DNA of 64,000 bases, taken from positions 9,300,001 through 9,364,000 of the forward strand of contig OZ024763.1 in the NCBI GenBank assembly GCA_964016885.1, read 5' to 3'. The notes under the pieces were generated by a model that made no database searches, had not been told where the DNA came from, and worked only from the letters and a program-made list of their open reading frames with translations. The DNA comes from Eledone cirrhosa. Taxonomy: Eukaryota. Positions 11,846 through 26,190 of the stretch are shown here, piece by piece. Position 1 is the first letter of the stretch; every line of letters begins with the position of its first letter. Both the position numbers and the translations under genes were made by a program.

Positions 11846-13742
11846 AAAGAGAAGACGGGAAAAAAATTACAAGACAACATCGATAAAGTGAAAGACAAAG
11901 TAAACTATGCCATAAGCTGGAGAGATCGAAAAGTGGATTATCAAATGAACCAAGGAAACTGTTTCCATTGGTGATACTATCTGCCGGTACACACACACAG
12001 ATAGTAGAGGAATTTGAAATCAGACTTCGCCACTTTGAACTCAAGACAAAATTAGACAACGTCAATCCACAGTCCCTGGACTGGTAATGATGATATTTTA
12101 TCGAGCACCCCCAAAATAATTAAAAGTAAAGCACGAGCAAGTCTTGAACTCGGAACGTGTGAGCCGGAATAAATACCGAAACATTTAAATCCGATGCTTT
12201 AACGACTTTGCCAATTCGCAGCCAACATAGAGGAAGTCATACTTAAAAAAATGGAATGAAAGACATACATTCGAGAAATTCAGACACAAAACACACACGC
12301 ACACATACATCAGGGGCGGTGGGTCAATTTAGTTGTAGTGATTAGTTTAGCTGTCATTATCAAATATTAACCAAGATATAAAAAACTTCGATATAACATG
12401 TACATAAATTGTAGCGCTTATGTGTAAGGAGAGAGACTAATGAAGGATGTATGATTTGTTGCTCTCTTATGTTCTTGAATATCTTCAAGTAAACAGATAC
12501 AGACAAGACACAAAACGTGAGGGTCGGACGCCATGCTTTGACGCATTGAGTTACTGCCCTTGCCATTCTGAGTTCAAATCCCACCGAGGTTAACTTTGCC
12601 TTTCATCCTTACGGGGTTGATAAAATAAAAGTACCAGTAATATACTGGATAATTGCTGGCCTTGTGCCAAAAGTAGAAACAATTATTATTATTATTGTCT
12701 AAAGTGGAAACAATTATCATTGTTATTATCAGTATTGCTATTATTACTTGGCCAATAGACCGCCGAGGTTAGCTTACAGAGTCTAATAAATAAAGCACCA
12801 GTTAATGCCCTGGGTTCGATTTAATTGACTTCCTCCCCACCCGCAGTAAAAAAAAAAATTGCTGGCCTTGTGCTTAAATCAGAAACAATTATTATTATTA
12901 TTATTTATTACTTACCGTCTAGAAATCATTTTTTTTTTTCCTTTTTTATAATGATTTGATCACTGTCGGTTGATTTCTTAAATTAATAATGATGATAATT
13001 TTCATAATATTGATTAAAAATATCCGGCTTGGAGATATGATATAAATCAGATATTTAGAGGTAATTCACGCCTTAAATTATTATTGCGTTCATAAGGCAG
13101 TGCGTTATATATTCATATTACGTATGTATCTATATATATATATATATATAATGTGTATGTGAGCTTTCTGTATGTAAATTTACACAACAATATATGTACG
13201 TATGTCTAAATGTCCACAGTATTTGTATGTGTGCGCGCGTGTATAAATCTACATAATATATATGTGTATATAAATTTACACTGTACGTGTTTGTATTTGT
13301 TTATGTATGTATATACATTTACACAGTATGTGTGCGTGTAAACGAGACGAAATGCAACAGACCCCCCAACTCACTAATAACTGAGAACTGCTGCTGCTGT
13401 TGTTGGAATCATCAGGAAGCGGAAGTTGACGAGGGTAGTACACATACATAAATAAATAAATACACGCAGACTTGAAAACACACATATGAATATAAGTACA
13501 TATACATCGTGGTTTAGCGAGAGAAAGCTGGCACATTTTACAGAAGACAACAAAGCACGTGGCAAGACGTTTTTTACTCGCTTTTTACTCTCTATCTGTC
13601 TGTCTGTCTCCCTATTTGAGTTGCAATGGGTGCGTGTGACATCTTCACAGATGTACAAAGCAACTCCGCCCCGAGTTCTGTCAGTACGAAATACACCATA
13701 CTTTGATATGTGTATTTCTGTATCTGCCATGCAAGTTATCAT
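11845..13742 (+). repeat. Segmental duplication A, copy 1 (also about 6780-6884 and 15436-15860); paralog at about 32700-39440
   Basis: 11845-12350 matches 32821-33520; 12400-13742 matches 37503-39021; 15436-15860 matches 39021-39440; same order and strand. Confidence 0.9.
12520..12695 (+). mobile_element. OR-like tRNA-derived SINE (abundant family)
   Basis: gagttcaaatccc..gaggttaactttgcctttcatcc..ggggt.gataaaataaagtaccag..ggccttgtgccaaaagtagaaacaatt(att)n; other copies near 26200, 27770(-), 33283, 40376, 41222(-), 46432, 48240(-), 49058, 53260(-), 59838(-), 61650(-) and 62035. Confidence 0.85.
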
Positions 13743-13929
13743 GTGCGTTTCAGTTAATGGTCTATCATTGACCGATGGCTGAGATCGGATCTAGCTGTCG
13801 AAACTGCCGGAGTTCAGCCGTCGGTGTTCTGAATTTTTTTCATATTACCCACTCTACTACACCAAGTACTGTGGTGGGTTTTTTTACCACACCCTCTCTA
13901 ATATATATGTAACGAATAATCCAGTTGTA

Positions 13930-14812
13930 ACGGATAAGTGAATCCTTCCCGGCCGCTACAAGCCTCATGACACCTGGCGTGACACACTTGCCTTGAGAGA
14001 AGATGCCCTCAGAAACAGGCACATGAAGATTGCAGAACGCCTTTCTGAACAGACCAAGCGATTGCCACCCCTTGTCATTGGAGATCTCGTGCGAATACAA
14101 AATTAAACAGGCCCTCAACCGTTAAAATGGGACAAAACAGGCTGTGTGATTGAAGTACGTCAGTTTGATCAGTATGTCATAAGCGTCGATGGATCAGGCA
14201 GAGTGGCTCTTCGAAACCGGAAATTTCTAAGAAAGTGCACCCCTGTTCATCCACCGAGGGCACAGATCACCTTATCAGACGACTTACCCCATCGATCCCA
14301 ACAAAGACAACAAGGTATGTCTTTCTCGCTCCGCCAACCATTTATTCTGGAGCCCCTGCTCGCAAAGGACACCACCAAAGCTCCTGAAAACCCTACAGAT
14401 CTACAAATGACACCATCACCCAACCTGACAACGCTTGACATCCAGCCACCAGAGTTACATCCCCTAGCCTACATTCAAAACAAATAGCACAACACCTACC
14501 CAGCACCCTGCCTAACACCCTCCCTGACCATCACACAGGAACTAACACTAAGACGCTCCAAAAAGGAGCCCACCTGGCTCAGTGATTATGTGCACGTGAT
14601 TGGGCAGAATAATCCCCGGGGGCCTGAGAGTAGTCTACCCAGTGATCGCCCTTCTCCTTTCGGTTTGTGTTATTGTTTCTATTGACGTTAATTGTTCCCA
14701 CCTGGCTAGGATGGCACTGTCTTCAAAACATTCAGTTTATTCTCATATCTGACTCTAGTCTTAAATCCTTGCTATATACCTCAGCGAATATACCAATGAC
14801 TTGGAGGGGGAT
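13930..14812 (+). mobile_element. 3' fragment of a second Gypsy family (integrase C-terminus to PPT)
   Basis: WDKTGCVIEVRQFDQYVISVDGSGRVALRNRKFLR; purine tract ttggaggggga near 14801-14811. Confidence 0.75.
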
Positions 14813-15438
14813 AGAGGATTATATATCATTGTGTGACGATATGCAAAACATGTTATAGCGTTCTGATACTATTTATTCCTAATAGTGCTTTTCATCTGTT
14901 TCAGATATCCATCATTTATTGATACAAATAAAGTGGATGTATTATGAAAAGAGTTTGTGCTCATTTACAAGTATCACAGAATACGATTATAATATAATTT
15001 GTATTGTATCTGAAAGATACAATGTGACAGACAGAAATGGTGCATGTAAAAATGCAAACAGTGTGAACTTACTATGTGTGCGTGTGTGCGTATTAGTATA
15101 CTTTCTTGTTTTAGCAGTAGTAGTAATCAATCAGCCAGGCGGGAAAGGCGTGTGAGAAAATAGTCGACAGACGTTTTTCGTGAAAGGAGATTTGACAGCG
15201 TAGGTGAAATACCTCCGTTCTTGTCTGTGGTATCACTTTTTCTGCCGGGTGTAAACAACCCTTGTATTTATAAGGGTTGAAGTTAGAAGGGTAGATATAT
15301 CATCTGACCTTTTCTGCCAGGCATAAACAACCTCTGACCTGTGGTTGGTCTGCCGGGCGTAAACAACTAACCACGGCTTGTCCCAGAGGCGGGAAAGCTC
15401 AGATTCGGTTTCGAATCTTCGCCGCCCTTATATATATA

Positions 15439-16236
15439 CTAGACCACCCGTACCCGTTGGGTCACGTTCACTTAAAAGTAATTTTTAAATAATTAAAATA
15501 TACACAGATATGTACATAATGTAAAATGAAATTGGAAGGTCTCACTTAAGAATATTTTAAAAATATGCCTAAACATATTGTCTGCGTAAAGAAAGCTAAA
15601 ATATAAATACTTATTGTACCAACAACTTGTAGTTTCGAAATCACATTCTCTTAAAAATATTTCTAAATAATTAAAATATTCTGTTTAAGAAAAGCAAAAA
15701 TATAAACATTTACTGTTAAAACAACTCGTATTTTTCAGGCATATTCACTTAAAAATGTCTTCTTTTTTTTTTAATAATTAAAATATCGTCTGTTTAAAGA
15801 AAGCTGAAATATAGATACTTAAAGTACAAACAACTTGTATTTTTGAAATCATATTCACTGACAAATCACTGAAAAAAAGTGTTTGAATGTATTTTTTAAA
15901 TCCTATTCACTTAAAAATATTTTTTGAATGGAAATATTGTCTATGTCCGATTTACGCCAAACTTGTTTTATTCCGTTTGTATTCCCATTTCAGGGTTATT
16001 TTACCTTCGGAGTATTTTCCCATTATGCACCGTTTGGGCTATTTATGAAGGTTTGCAGGGTTATCTGCACCGTTTTGGCAATTTAAGATGGTACCCGGAA
16101 AAACCCCATATCTCGGGAACCCGTGCTTCGATTTACGCGAAAATTATTTGATTCCATTTGTATTCCCATTTCAGGGGCAACTTCCTTTCAAAGTATTTGT
16201 CCGTTAGCAAGCAATCAGAGTTTTAGTAATATATAA
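15439..16236 (-). mobile_element. Non-autonomous Helitron-like element with internal AT-rich tandem repeats
   Basis: Minus end gtgacccaacgggtacgggtggtCTAG|T; repeated ttcacttaaaaatattt...aattaaaatat units; paralog at 39024-39440. Confidence 0.6.
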
Positions 16237-16289
16237 ATAATCAGAATAAATGGAGGAGAAGGCAATACATTTAAAAACCAAATTTACAC

Positions 16290-17850
16290 ACACGGATGTT
16301 CTTTTCCTTGCACGGCAACTACAGAAGTACCTAGCTAACAGTAAACCCCTCTACTTAGCTTTTGTTGACTTGAAGAAAGCCTTTGACAGAGTCCCCTGCT
16401 CCATTATCTGGTGGGCCCTTAGAAAACTTGGAGTAGATGAATGGCTTGTGAGAGTTATACAAGCCATGTATAGAGAAACAGTCAGGTTAGAATTAACAAT
16501 GAATATAGTGAATAATTTAGTGTAAAAGTAGGAGTTCATAAAGGCACCGTCCTTCGCGCCCTCCTGTTTATTATTGTCCTACAAGCTATAACAGAAGAGT
16601 TTAAGACCGGCTGTCCATGGGAACTTCTATATGCTGGTGATCTAACTCTCATAGATGAATCTATGGCTGAACTAGAGAAGAAATTCCAAACATGGAAGCA
16701 TGGCTTAGAATCAAAAGGCCTTAAAATAAACTTGTCTAAGACTAAAGTTCTAGTATGTAGAAAGGAGAATAGGGTAGAGGTACCCTCTGGGAAATGGCCA
16801 TGCTCAGTGGGTAGGAAAGGAGTAGGTAGAAATTCCATTCTATGCCCTAAATGCAAAAGATGTAGTGGGATCACAGGTAAGCTAAGAATGTAGATTTTAT
16901 ATGTGGTAGATTCTCAGGTGCAATAAGTAGCAAGTGCCCACAGGATACTAGCTCCTTCTACTGCCCAGACGGCTCTATAGAAATAGTGGACACTTTCTGT
17001 TACCTGGGTGACAAAATCAGCAGTGGTGGAAGTTGCTCTGAAAGTACAGTAGCCAGAGTTAGAATGGGATGGAAAAAGTTCAGAGAGCTTATACCGCTGT
17101 TGGCCATAGAATGTTTCTCCCTAAAAATGAAAGGCAGATTGTATGATGCTTGTATATGAACAGCAATGTTACATGGCAGAGGACCTGCGCAGATTGGAAA
17201 GGAATGAAGGATGCATGCTCCATTGGATATGTGATAGTAATATACACAAATGGCAAAACATAAACAAAGTGAGAAATTAGGAATAAGAGGGTTCAGATGC
17301 TGTTAACTTGAGAAGACTACGTTGGTATGGTCATGTGATGCGCATGAAAAATGACAGCTGTATAAAGAAGTACAGGGTGATCAAAATTGATGGTAGTTAC
17401 GGAGTAGGTAGACCCACAAAAACCTCAGACATGATAAAATCCGACCTTGCACACTTACACCTCTCTATTACAATGTCACTGGATCAAGATCTTTGGCGCC
17501 ACGCAATAATACAGAATTCCCACCTTCCCTACGTACAAAGTTAAACTACAGTCAGTAGGCACCTCTTAACCAAATATACACCCTAACCCACTACCCCTAC
17601 TTCCTCTCCCACCAACACCACCCTTTCTCTGTAAAGTTATGTTGGTACCACAACATCCAGTCCAAACTAAAGAGGTCATGTAGGTGTCACAACAAAAAAA
17701 CACCCAGTCCACACTGTAAAGTGGTCGTGTAGGAGACACGGTAAAAAGGCTCCCAGTCCACACTATGTGGTTGGTGTTAGAAAGGGCATCCAGCCATAGA
17801 AAACCTGCCAGATACAGTCCTATATGCCTCAAGTGGAACAAGTACCTAGT
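16290..17850 (+). mobile_element. RTE LINE, 5'-truncated, decayed
   Basis: LYLAFVDLKKAFDRVP, GKWPCSV, RRLRWYGHVMRM; the 3' UTR is homologous to the copy at 21302-21700. Confidence 0.9.
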
Positions 17851-17979
17851 GTAATAACATTTTTTATTGATAATTTTCTTATTACATTTATCAGTCTTCT
17901 CGGTCATATTATATAAACTTAACCAAGTAATTTAAATTTACTTGAAATTTTTTCTCTTATTCAGCTGGTGTTTGATGTA

Positions 17980-19340
17980 CCCAACGTTTCCTTTCTTCTG
18001 CATGTGTATACAATTACCAGGCGTGTGTCGGAATCCCTGCACTGGTGGCACTGTCTGCCATGCCTATCCACCTCGACTCCGCACCTTCGTGGCCGAAGCG
18101 CTAGAGATGAGAGTTGTCCAAGTGCTTGACTTTGGCGGCCCGCCATGCTGGACCGAACTGTTCAGTTTTGCGACCTTTGTACTCAGGATCCCATTGGCAG
18201 GTAACCTGAGGGTGGGAGAGAGTGCAGGCAATACCATTTCTTTCTGCAACCAATCGCCTGTGAGCCTCTCATCCCTCTTGTTCTGTCCACCAGTGTTGTC
18301 ACAGCGCCTGCAGTCCACTTCCGACAGCACGAAACGTCTCCAGTTAACTACAGAGAGGCTGAATTCCACTACACCGTACTTAGCATCCATCCCGTCCTGT
18401 CTGAGGCTCGACTAATGCCCAAAGATGCCTCATGCATTTTCGGTTCTCTAATTTTCTCAAAAACCATAAGAGATTGCCCTGAGACCAAGCATACAGACTT
18501 GTCCCGAGTAAGACGATCTTCCACTTGAGGAACTGCTTCACCCTCCCCTCCTACACATTGCGCGGTCACTTTGTCACCCCCACACAAATCTCAGTGAACT
18601 CGACGCCACCATGCTGTGCATAACTCATCAGCAATATCAGCACCGGCTGGCAACAAGTGAAGCTCCCGGCAAGGTTCGGAGTCCTCGCCCTCCAATCCGC
18701 TTCGGATCTGGCTCTACTGGCCTACGAGTCGCGTTCTTGTCAGCAAAGCGGCTGAATCTAATGTCGCCCCAGAGCTCTAGCCGACTGGACAGGCTAAGGC
18801 CTCTCTGTTTTCCAGTATAGAAATGTGCAACGTATCTGGGACGACTCAAATGCAAGTCTTCCTTCAGGCAAATCGAGTTTAGCTTGGACCAACACCGCCT
18901 CGCTTGCCTCTGCTGCACTTCACAGCCAAACAACGGTGCCCTCCTTGATGATAAGTGCACTTACAACAGAGTGCCTAACACGTGTTTGAGCCTCATAAAT
19001 GCTATTGTGGGGTGGTCGTTAACAAGAAGGCCTGCACTGTCTTGCCACCAAAGCCCAGACTGATTTCTCTGACATACCGCTCTCAATGACATATTGAGAA
19101 GGAGCTTGAATGCATCACAACTGGAGACTGCAGGCCTGAAGCACATAGATGGCAAGCACCTCAATGGATTTACCCTATTCGAATGAGGTAGATCGCTCAT
19201 CTGGGCCGCCACATGTTGCAACATGTTCTCCACTTCCAACCTAGTTGCTTCGGCCACAAACCCCAGTACTGCTGCCTGCAATGCAGAGGAAAAGATGACC
19301 AGGGCTTTTGCGATCGCTTCCTCTTCAAAATCTGCCGTAC
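17980..19340 (+). mobile_element. Highly decayed CRE-clade non-LTR fragment
   Basis: Hand translation: PIRFG..GLR, HKCYCG...HTALNDILRRSL...DGKHLNGFTL...GRSLIW...AACNAEEK, paralleling the zinc-knuckle/RLE region at 36800-37150. Confidence 0.6.
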
Positions 19341-19829
19341 TTCGACCACATATTTATCAAAAGAAAAAATTACAAGTATTATTGTATATGTATATAAATA
19401 AAAGTCGAATGTCGTCAGTTCACCAATGGAAGTGGGGTGGTAAACAATCTACGAAAATCAGAGAGCATTGCAACATTTGGAAAGGAGAGAGAGAGAGGGT
19501 GTGTATGTGTGTGTAAAAGGGAGGAAGGCGGATGGTGAAAAAGCTATGGCAAAAACAGCCAACAGACTTCCAACCTTTTCCATGCTCTGCGTAAGTATGT
19601 ATGTGTTTGTGTGAATGTATTTGTGTAAGTGTATGTCTGTATGTGTGATGGCAAAAAAAGAGACAGCTACTTCTCTCACTCACTCACTCTGTCTTATGAA
19701 AAATTACTTCATAATTGCAAAACAAACTAACGTGAATTTATACTTCTAAATTTGACAAAGCGAGCCGTTGCGTTTGCTTATGTGTGAAGATATTCATTTT
19801 TCATTTAATACCAATTTCAATTTTCAAAA

Positions 19830-22800
19830 CAGATGCCAAGAAGAAAAATCTTCTCACTCTCCACAAGCTCTTCAGACGTTGCTAACGAAGCAAGAAGAGA
19901 GGGGAGGACATGCAAAAGAACAGTATTCTACAGTGCAGCAAAGGCAAGTACAGGTAGCCTGAGCAAGGGCACTAGAGTCCCTTGCACAACGACAGCAAAG
20001 ACATTAAAATGACCGAAATACAAACCTGCAATGGCCAAGAATCGAAAGAGGAAAGAAAAAAATGTTTAAAGGATGCAAGACAAAGACAAGCTGCCAGAGT
20101 TGACAACGAGACAATAGTTCAGCGAGAGATTAGACAAAGAAAAAATCAGGAGCAAACAGTTGCTGCAGAACTTCACCAATCTTCAGAAGAGAGATGCAAG
20201 TGTCTTGATCAAGATAGGCTGAATACGTTTGACAAAAGTGTAGCACCTTTCATTGGGACTTGGAAAAGATCAGCTTTCAGCTATGATCCAAAGCACGATT
20301 ATTCTACAGAGAAATTGATTGGAATTGGTGCAATGTCAAAGAGTGCAGTTTTTGTAAAGGAAAGAGAAACCCTCACTATGTGTTTGCGGAGGAGGAACGG
20401 TTGTTCTACCAACGTTTGGTACACCCCCAGATACTTTGAAGGCATTGATTTGGGGAAACACATCAAGGAGCATGCACTTCTTGAAAAACATTAGAAGGGA
20501 ACTTCAAGCCAACCATTAACATTCAAGGTCAAGTATACCATCGTATTGGATCTTGGTTGCCAACTGAAGGCAAAAATCTAGTTTTTGCAGTTACATTTTG
20601 TGGCAAGGAACAGGCTTTGCAAGGGTCATTGAACCATCAAAAAGCTGAAAGAAGAGTTAATCTTTGATATGTAAGATATGTTGCATGCAAACAATAGCTA
20701 CATCAGAAAATTTTAATATCCATTGGAATATGCGCCACCCACTGAGTACAAGATAGTCATTGATACAGACAAAAAGCCTGTTGGTGAACAATGTCCCTGC
20801 TGCAAATGAAGTAGCAGCAATTATTACTAGGTAGGAGGGATATTGTTATTCAAGGAAAAGGAAATAAGTTGTAGCAGATAAATACAACCCACCAATCATA
20901 TGATGCACTCCAGTATCCATTCATCTGTGTATTTGGCTAAGATCACTTTGGTATCAAACAAACATATTAAAACAACAGCAAACTGCATGGAATTCTATGT
21001 TTATCTGTTCATGTTAAGAGAACAAGACTTCAATATTCTTCATCATTCACGTAAGCTCTTCCAGCAATTTGCAGTTGATATGTATGCAAAAATTAAAGGA
21101 GAAAGGCTTCTTTACATTAGAACACAGCAGAAAGATCTCCATGCATCAGACTACATTCACCTGAGAGATTCAATCAGTAATGAAGGAGGACTGGCTGCTG
21201 ATAACATTGGACAGCTTTGTGTCATCCTTCCATCAAGCTTCACAGGAAGTACCCAAGATGCACTTACATGTCAGATGCTATGGTCATCTAGACCTCTTCA
21301 TTCATCATCATCATTGTTTAACGTCCATCTTCCATGGATTTGGACGGGAAGTTTCCCACTTGAGGCAAGATTTGTTGTCCTGCTCGTATAGGACTGTCTG
21401 GCGGGTTTTCTACGGCTGGATGCCCTTCCTAACACCAACCACGTTTACAGTGTGGACTGGGAGGTTTTTACCGTGTTACCTACACGGCCACATTACAGCG
21501 TGGACTGTGTTTTTTTGTCGTGACACCTACACAACCTCATTTGTTTCGGACTGGATGTTGTGGTACCAACATAACTTCACATTTAAGGGGGTGGAGTGGA
21601 TGGGGTGGGGGTAGTGGGACCGGGTGGGGTGGGAGGTGTATTTTGTTAGAGGTGCCTACTGAGTGTAGGTTTCGCTTTGTACTTAGCCAAGGCGGGTCTT
21701 CTGTATGACTGTGTAGCGCCAAAGATCTCGGTCCAGTGACATTGTCTTGGAGAGGTGTGAGGTCAGAATTTATCAAGTCGTCCCAGGTTTTTCTGGGTCT
21801 GCCTACTCCGTGGCTACCGTCTATTTTTATTGCCCTGCACTTTTTTATACAGCTGTCGTCTTTCATGCACATCACGTGACCGTACCAACGTAGTCTTCCC
21901 TCGAGTAAACATCTGATCCCTCTTATTTCTCCTTTAGTTCGTTTATGCTTTGCCGTTCACGTATATTACTATTACACATCCAGCGGAGCATGCAAGCTTC
22001 GTTCCTCTCCAGTCTGCGTATATCCTCTGCACACAATGCCCAGGTCTCACTGCCATGTAACATTGCTGTTCGTATGCAGGCATCATACAGCCTGCCTTTC
22101 ATTTTTAGAGAGAACCCTTTAGCGGCCAATAGTGGTATAAGCTCTCTGAACTTTTTCCATCCCGTTCTGACTCTAGCTACTGTACTTTCAGAGCACCCTC
22201 CCCCACTGCTGATTTGGTCACCCAGGTAACGGAAGGTGTCCACTATTTCTATAGTACCATCTGTGCAATGGAATGAGCTAGTATTCTGTGGGCACTTGCT
22301 GCTACTTATTGCACCAGAGCACCGGCCACATATAAAATCTATATTCTTAGTTAGCTTACCTGTGATCCCACTACATCTTTTATGCACCCATACTTTGCAT
22401 TTGGGACATAAAATGGAGTTTCTGCCTACTCCTTTCCTACACACTGAGCATGGCCATTTCCCAGATGGGACCGGTGCCCTATTTTCCTTCCTACAAACTA
22501 GAACTTTAGTCTTAGACAAGTTAACTTTAAGGCCTTTTGATTCTAGGCCATGCTTCCATGTTTGGAATTTCTTCTCTAGTTCAGCCATTGATTCAGCTAT
22601 GAGCGTTAGATCATCTGCATATAGGAGTTCCAATGGGCAGCCGGTCTTGAACTCCTCTGTTATAGCCTGAAGGGCAATAATAAATAGTAGGGGGCTAAGA
22701 ACGGAGCCCTGATGAACACCAACTTTTACGCTAAACTCTTCACTATATTCGTTGTTAATTCTAACCTTGCTGACTGTTTCTTTATACATGGCTTGTATAG

Positions 22801-25770
22801 CTCTCACAAGCCATTCATCAACACCTAGTTTTCTAAGCACCCACCAGATAATGGAGCGGGGGACTCTGTCAAAGGCTTTCTCCAAGTCAACAAAAGCTAA
22901 GTATAAGGGTTTACTTTTAGCTAGGTACTTCTCTTGTAGTTGTCGTACAATGAAAAGAGCGTCTGTGGTACTTTTACCTGACACAAACCCGAACTGCATT
23001 TCATCTAGATCAATTCGTTCTCTGATTAGTTGCGCTATTACTTTTTCTGTGACCTTCATGACCTGGTCGATTAATTTAATGCCTCTATAGTTACCCCTAT
23101 CAAGAGCATCTCCTTTACCCTTGTAGCAGTTAATGATGATGCTGCTACGCCAGTCCTTCGGAACGGCCCCATTCTGTATGACTTGGTTTACTATCCGGGT
23201 GACCATAGTGTGTCCCACCGTTCCAGATGCTTTCAGCATTTCAGCAACTATTTCCGAAGGCCTGGCCGCCTTACCCGTCTTCATATCTTTGATTGCCTTA
23301 CTTATTATACTACCTTCAACTCGCACTGCTGGTCCCTCTATTGGATCGATGTGGGGGAGACTGTCTTTCTCCCATTTATTCTCCTCATTTAGTAGCCTTT
23401 CGTAGTGACACTTCCAAGCTACCTTCTTATCAGCGTCACATATAACCCACATTGACATGAAATAAAGAGTGAACTTTATTATCATCAAGAACCCAAAGAT
23501 CGCCATGATATTATTGCTAGGGTATTCAGACAGATTTCCTAAAAGTCTTTCAACCAGTCTAATGTGACATGTACACAATTACGTGGCAAAAACGAGGATT
23601 GCTACATGCCGACATTTTGATTTGGCTACATAATATCCTTTTTCTGCATGAAATTGTCAAGTCACAAATGATTCATGAAGCCTGTGGTTTAATTAATCCA
23701 TCCTCCCCATGCATAAGGGATAAAAAATGTACCGAGAACTAGGCCTGTCCCCCTATACAATAAATCAAAATGAAGATGGTTACTCCATTTACAGAAGAAA
23801 GCCTGGGCAGGGTGGATTCACTTCGAAAAGAGAAATGGGCAAGAATTCATCATTGACAATACTGTCATCTTCTTGCAAAAACTTTCAAAGCCCATATCAA
23901 TGTTGATTTCTGCAACTCTATTAAATCTATTAAGTATGTTTGCAAATATGAATACAAAGGTTTATATGCTGCAGAATGTCAGTCAGCAGATAAACAAAAA
24001 TGACAAAGTTGTACAGTATGACAGGAAGATACATCAGTAGCAATGAGGCTTTTTGGTGCATCTTCAATTTTGCCATTCATGAGAGGCACCCAGCTATCAT
24101 TCAACTGATTATTTTGTATGAAGTACATGTTTCCAAATCATTCCAAGATTTGAGGGGAGTAAATGTATGAAACATATAGGGTAGCATGCTATCAAAAAGG
24201 TTTGTTAGAAAATGATCATTGGGACCTTGCATTGACTGAAGCACCAGTGTCATATTCTCCAAGGAAACTCTGTAACATTTTTGCCATTATGCAAACCCAG
24301 GTATCAATATTCAGTTCTGTGAAGAAATTTTCAATCAACCATTGATTGAAATTGAGGATTAATTTTGGTCATGGGAGGCAAGAATTGCAAGAATCTGGTT
24401 CCGGACTGCCAAAATCAAAGTGATTTAACTGCGAGAGAGACAAATTATGACATCACAAAGTTGGTTGCATTTGTGAATGAATATGAACTTAAATGTCTTC
24501 CAGAACAACGCTGGGCATATGAAATCATTTCTTCAGTCAAGAGGAATTTTCATTCTTGATGCTCCAGGTGGCAGAGGTAACGTATTTGTAACCATATTAC
24601 TTCCCGCCAAGGTAAGGCAGCAAAAAAGAATTGCACTTGCTGTAGCATCATCTGGCAATTGTTGCCACCTTTCTCCCAGGAGGACAAACAGCTCATTCTG
24701 CTTTTAAATTACTGCTAAACCTGGTCACAAACGACAGTCCAATTTGTAACAGAAGCAAATGCTCAGGTTTAGCAGAAGTGTTGCGCCAATGCTACCTGTT
24801 CATTTGAGATGAATGCACCATGTCACATAGAAGAGCAATGGAAGCTCTTGATAAGACCTTACAGGACATAAAAGCCAATAATACATTTATGGGAGGAGTT
24901 ACAATAGTTTTATCAGAAGACTTCAGACAGAAATTATCAGTTATTCCGAGAAGAACAAGAGTTGATGAAATAAAAACAGCTATGGAATAAAGTAAAGAAT
25001 TTCTGCTTCAATACTAACATGAGAGCTTCATTACATTGGGACCACTGTAGAGAATAGGTCTCAACCCGGCACCTTCAATTAGGAAATGGGGCAGTACTGA
25101 TGGTTATATCAACTTGGCTCATATTGCTATCATGGTGGATTCACCAGCTGAATTGAAGAACAGGGTATTTCCAGACTTAAGTAATCATTATAATTCACAC
25201 AAATGGTTGTGTGAAAGGGCAATTCTTGCTAAAAAAAAAAAATGAGACAGTAGCAAGGATTAACCATGAGCTAATGAATTCCAACAGTAATTAAGGAGTA
25301 CAAATCAGTTGATTTAGTCTTTGATGAAAATCAAGCTGTCCAACAGAGTTTCGTAATTCTCTTTAGCCACCTAGAATTTTTCTGGAAGTTTGGAGTCCCA
25401 AAAATGCTTCTAAGAAATTTAGATCCTCCTAAATTATGCAATGGTACAAGGTTGATTGTGAAGACATTATGACCTAATGTCATTGAAGCTACCATCATCA
25501 CTGGGTGTACCTGTGAGGAAGATATTTCCATTACAAGAATTCCAATCAAACCAACGGACATGCCAGTTGAAATACAATTCCCAGTGCAACTTTGCTTTGC
25601 AATGTCGATGAATAAAGCTGGCGGTCAGACTTTGAAATCTATTGGCTTACACTTAAATTAGCCTTTCTTTTCGTTTGTAGCTCCAGGGTGGGTAGTTTAC
25701 AAGACTTATTTGTCTATGCTCCGAACCAGAAAACAAACAATGTTGTTTACCCAGAAGCTCTTAAGTAATT
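19830..25770 (+). mobile_element. Decayed autonomous-type Helitron (Rep/helicase), split by an RTE insertion
   Basis: KLFQQFAVDMYAKI..ERL, ILPSSFTGS; resumes after 23436 with DRHDIIARVF; later FILDAPGG.G (Walker A region), LCNGTRL and FAMSMNK..GQTL. Confidence 0.9.
21302..23436 (-). mobile_element. RTE LINE, 5'-truncated, with an open RT domain
   Basis: ORF 21923..23578 has NYRGIKL, QFGF, FVDLEKAFD, GVHQGSVLSP, LLYADDL and a Cys-rich CSVC..CPKC..HKRC..CGRC finger; (TGA)n tail at 21302; the first ~47 aa of the ORF are antisense Helitron sequence. Confidence 0.95.
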
Positions 25771-25869
25771 TCCTTCAACACATGTGAATTTATCTCCCCT
25801 CATAACAGAGATTAATTTTGTATTTTCATTTTTTATTAATTTCTGTATTATGAATTCAGAATTGATTTC

Positions 25870-26190
25870 ATCATGTACCTCAGGCGTACTTGGACCCCAT
25901 ACTGCTGAGCTCCTCCGCAAAAAAAAAAAATTGGAGCGTTGGCGGCCCGTTTGAGGAGGGAGCCCTGCAAGGTTGGGTGGCTGTTGCAGCGGGTGTCACT
26001 GGCCATCCTCCATGAGAATACTTTTGCCGTCTTGTCCTCGGAGCCCAAAGCCCAATCACCCTCCCCTCTGTGGCACCAGAGCTCTTGCCATCCCCTTCTC
26101 ATTCTTCCTTTCTTTTTTCTCTATATTTCCCTATTCTTTTTTCCTTTTGTTTTCTCCCTTTCTTTTTGTCATTACCATCATTGCTAGTTA
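25870..26190 (+). mobile_element. CRE-like LINE 3'-end fragment
   Basis: WLLQRVSLAILHENTFAVL resembles WLFQRISLAITRGNSASVL at 37290-37350. Confidence 0.55.

Noticed and set aside
23437-23578. N-terminus of the 551-aa RTE ORF as a genuine start
   Set aside because: It is antisense Helitron sequence beyond the 5' truncation point; no endonuclease domain is present
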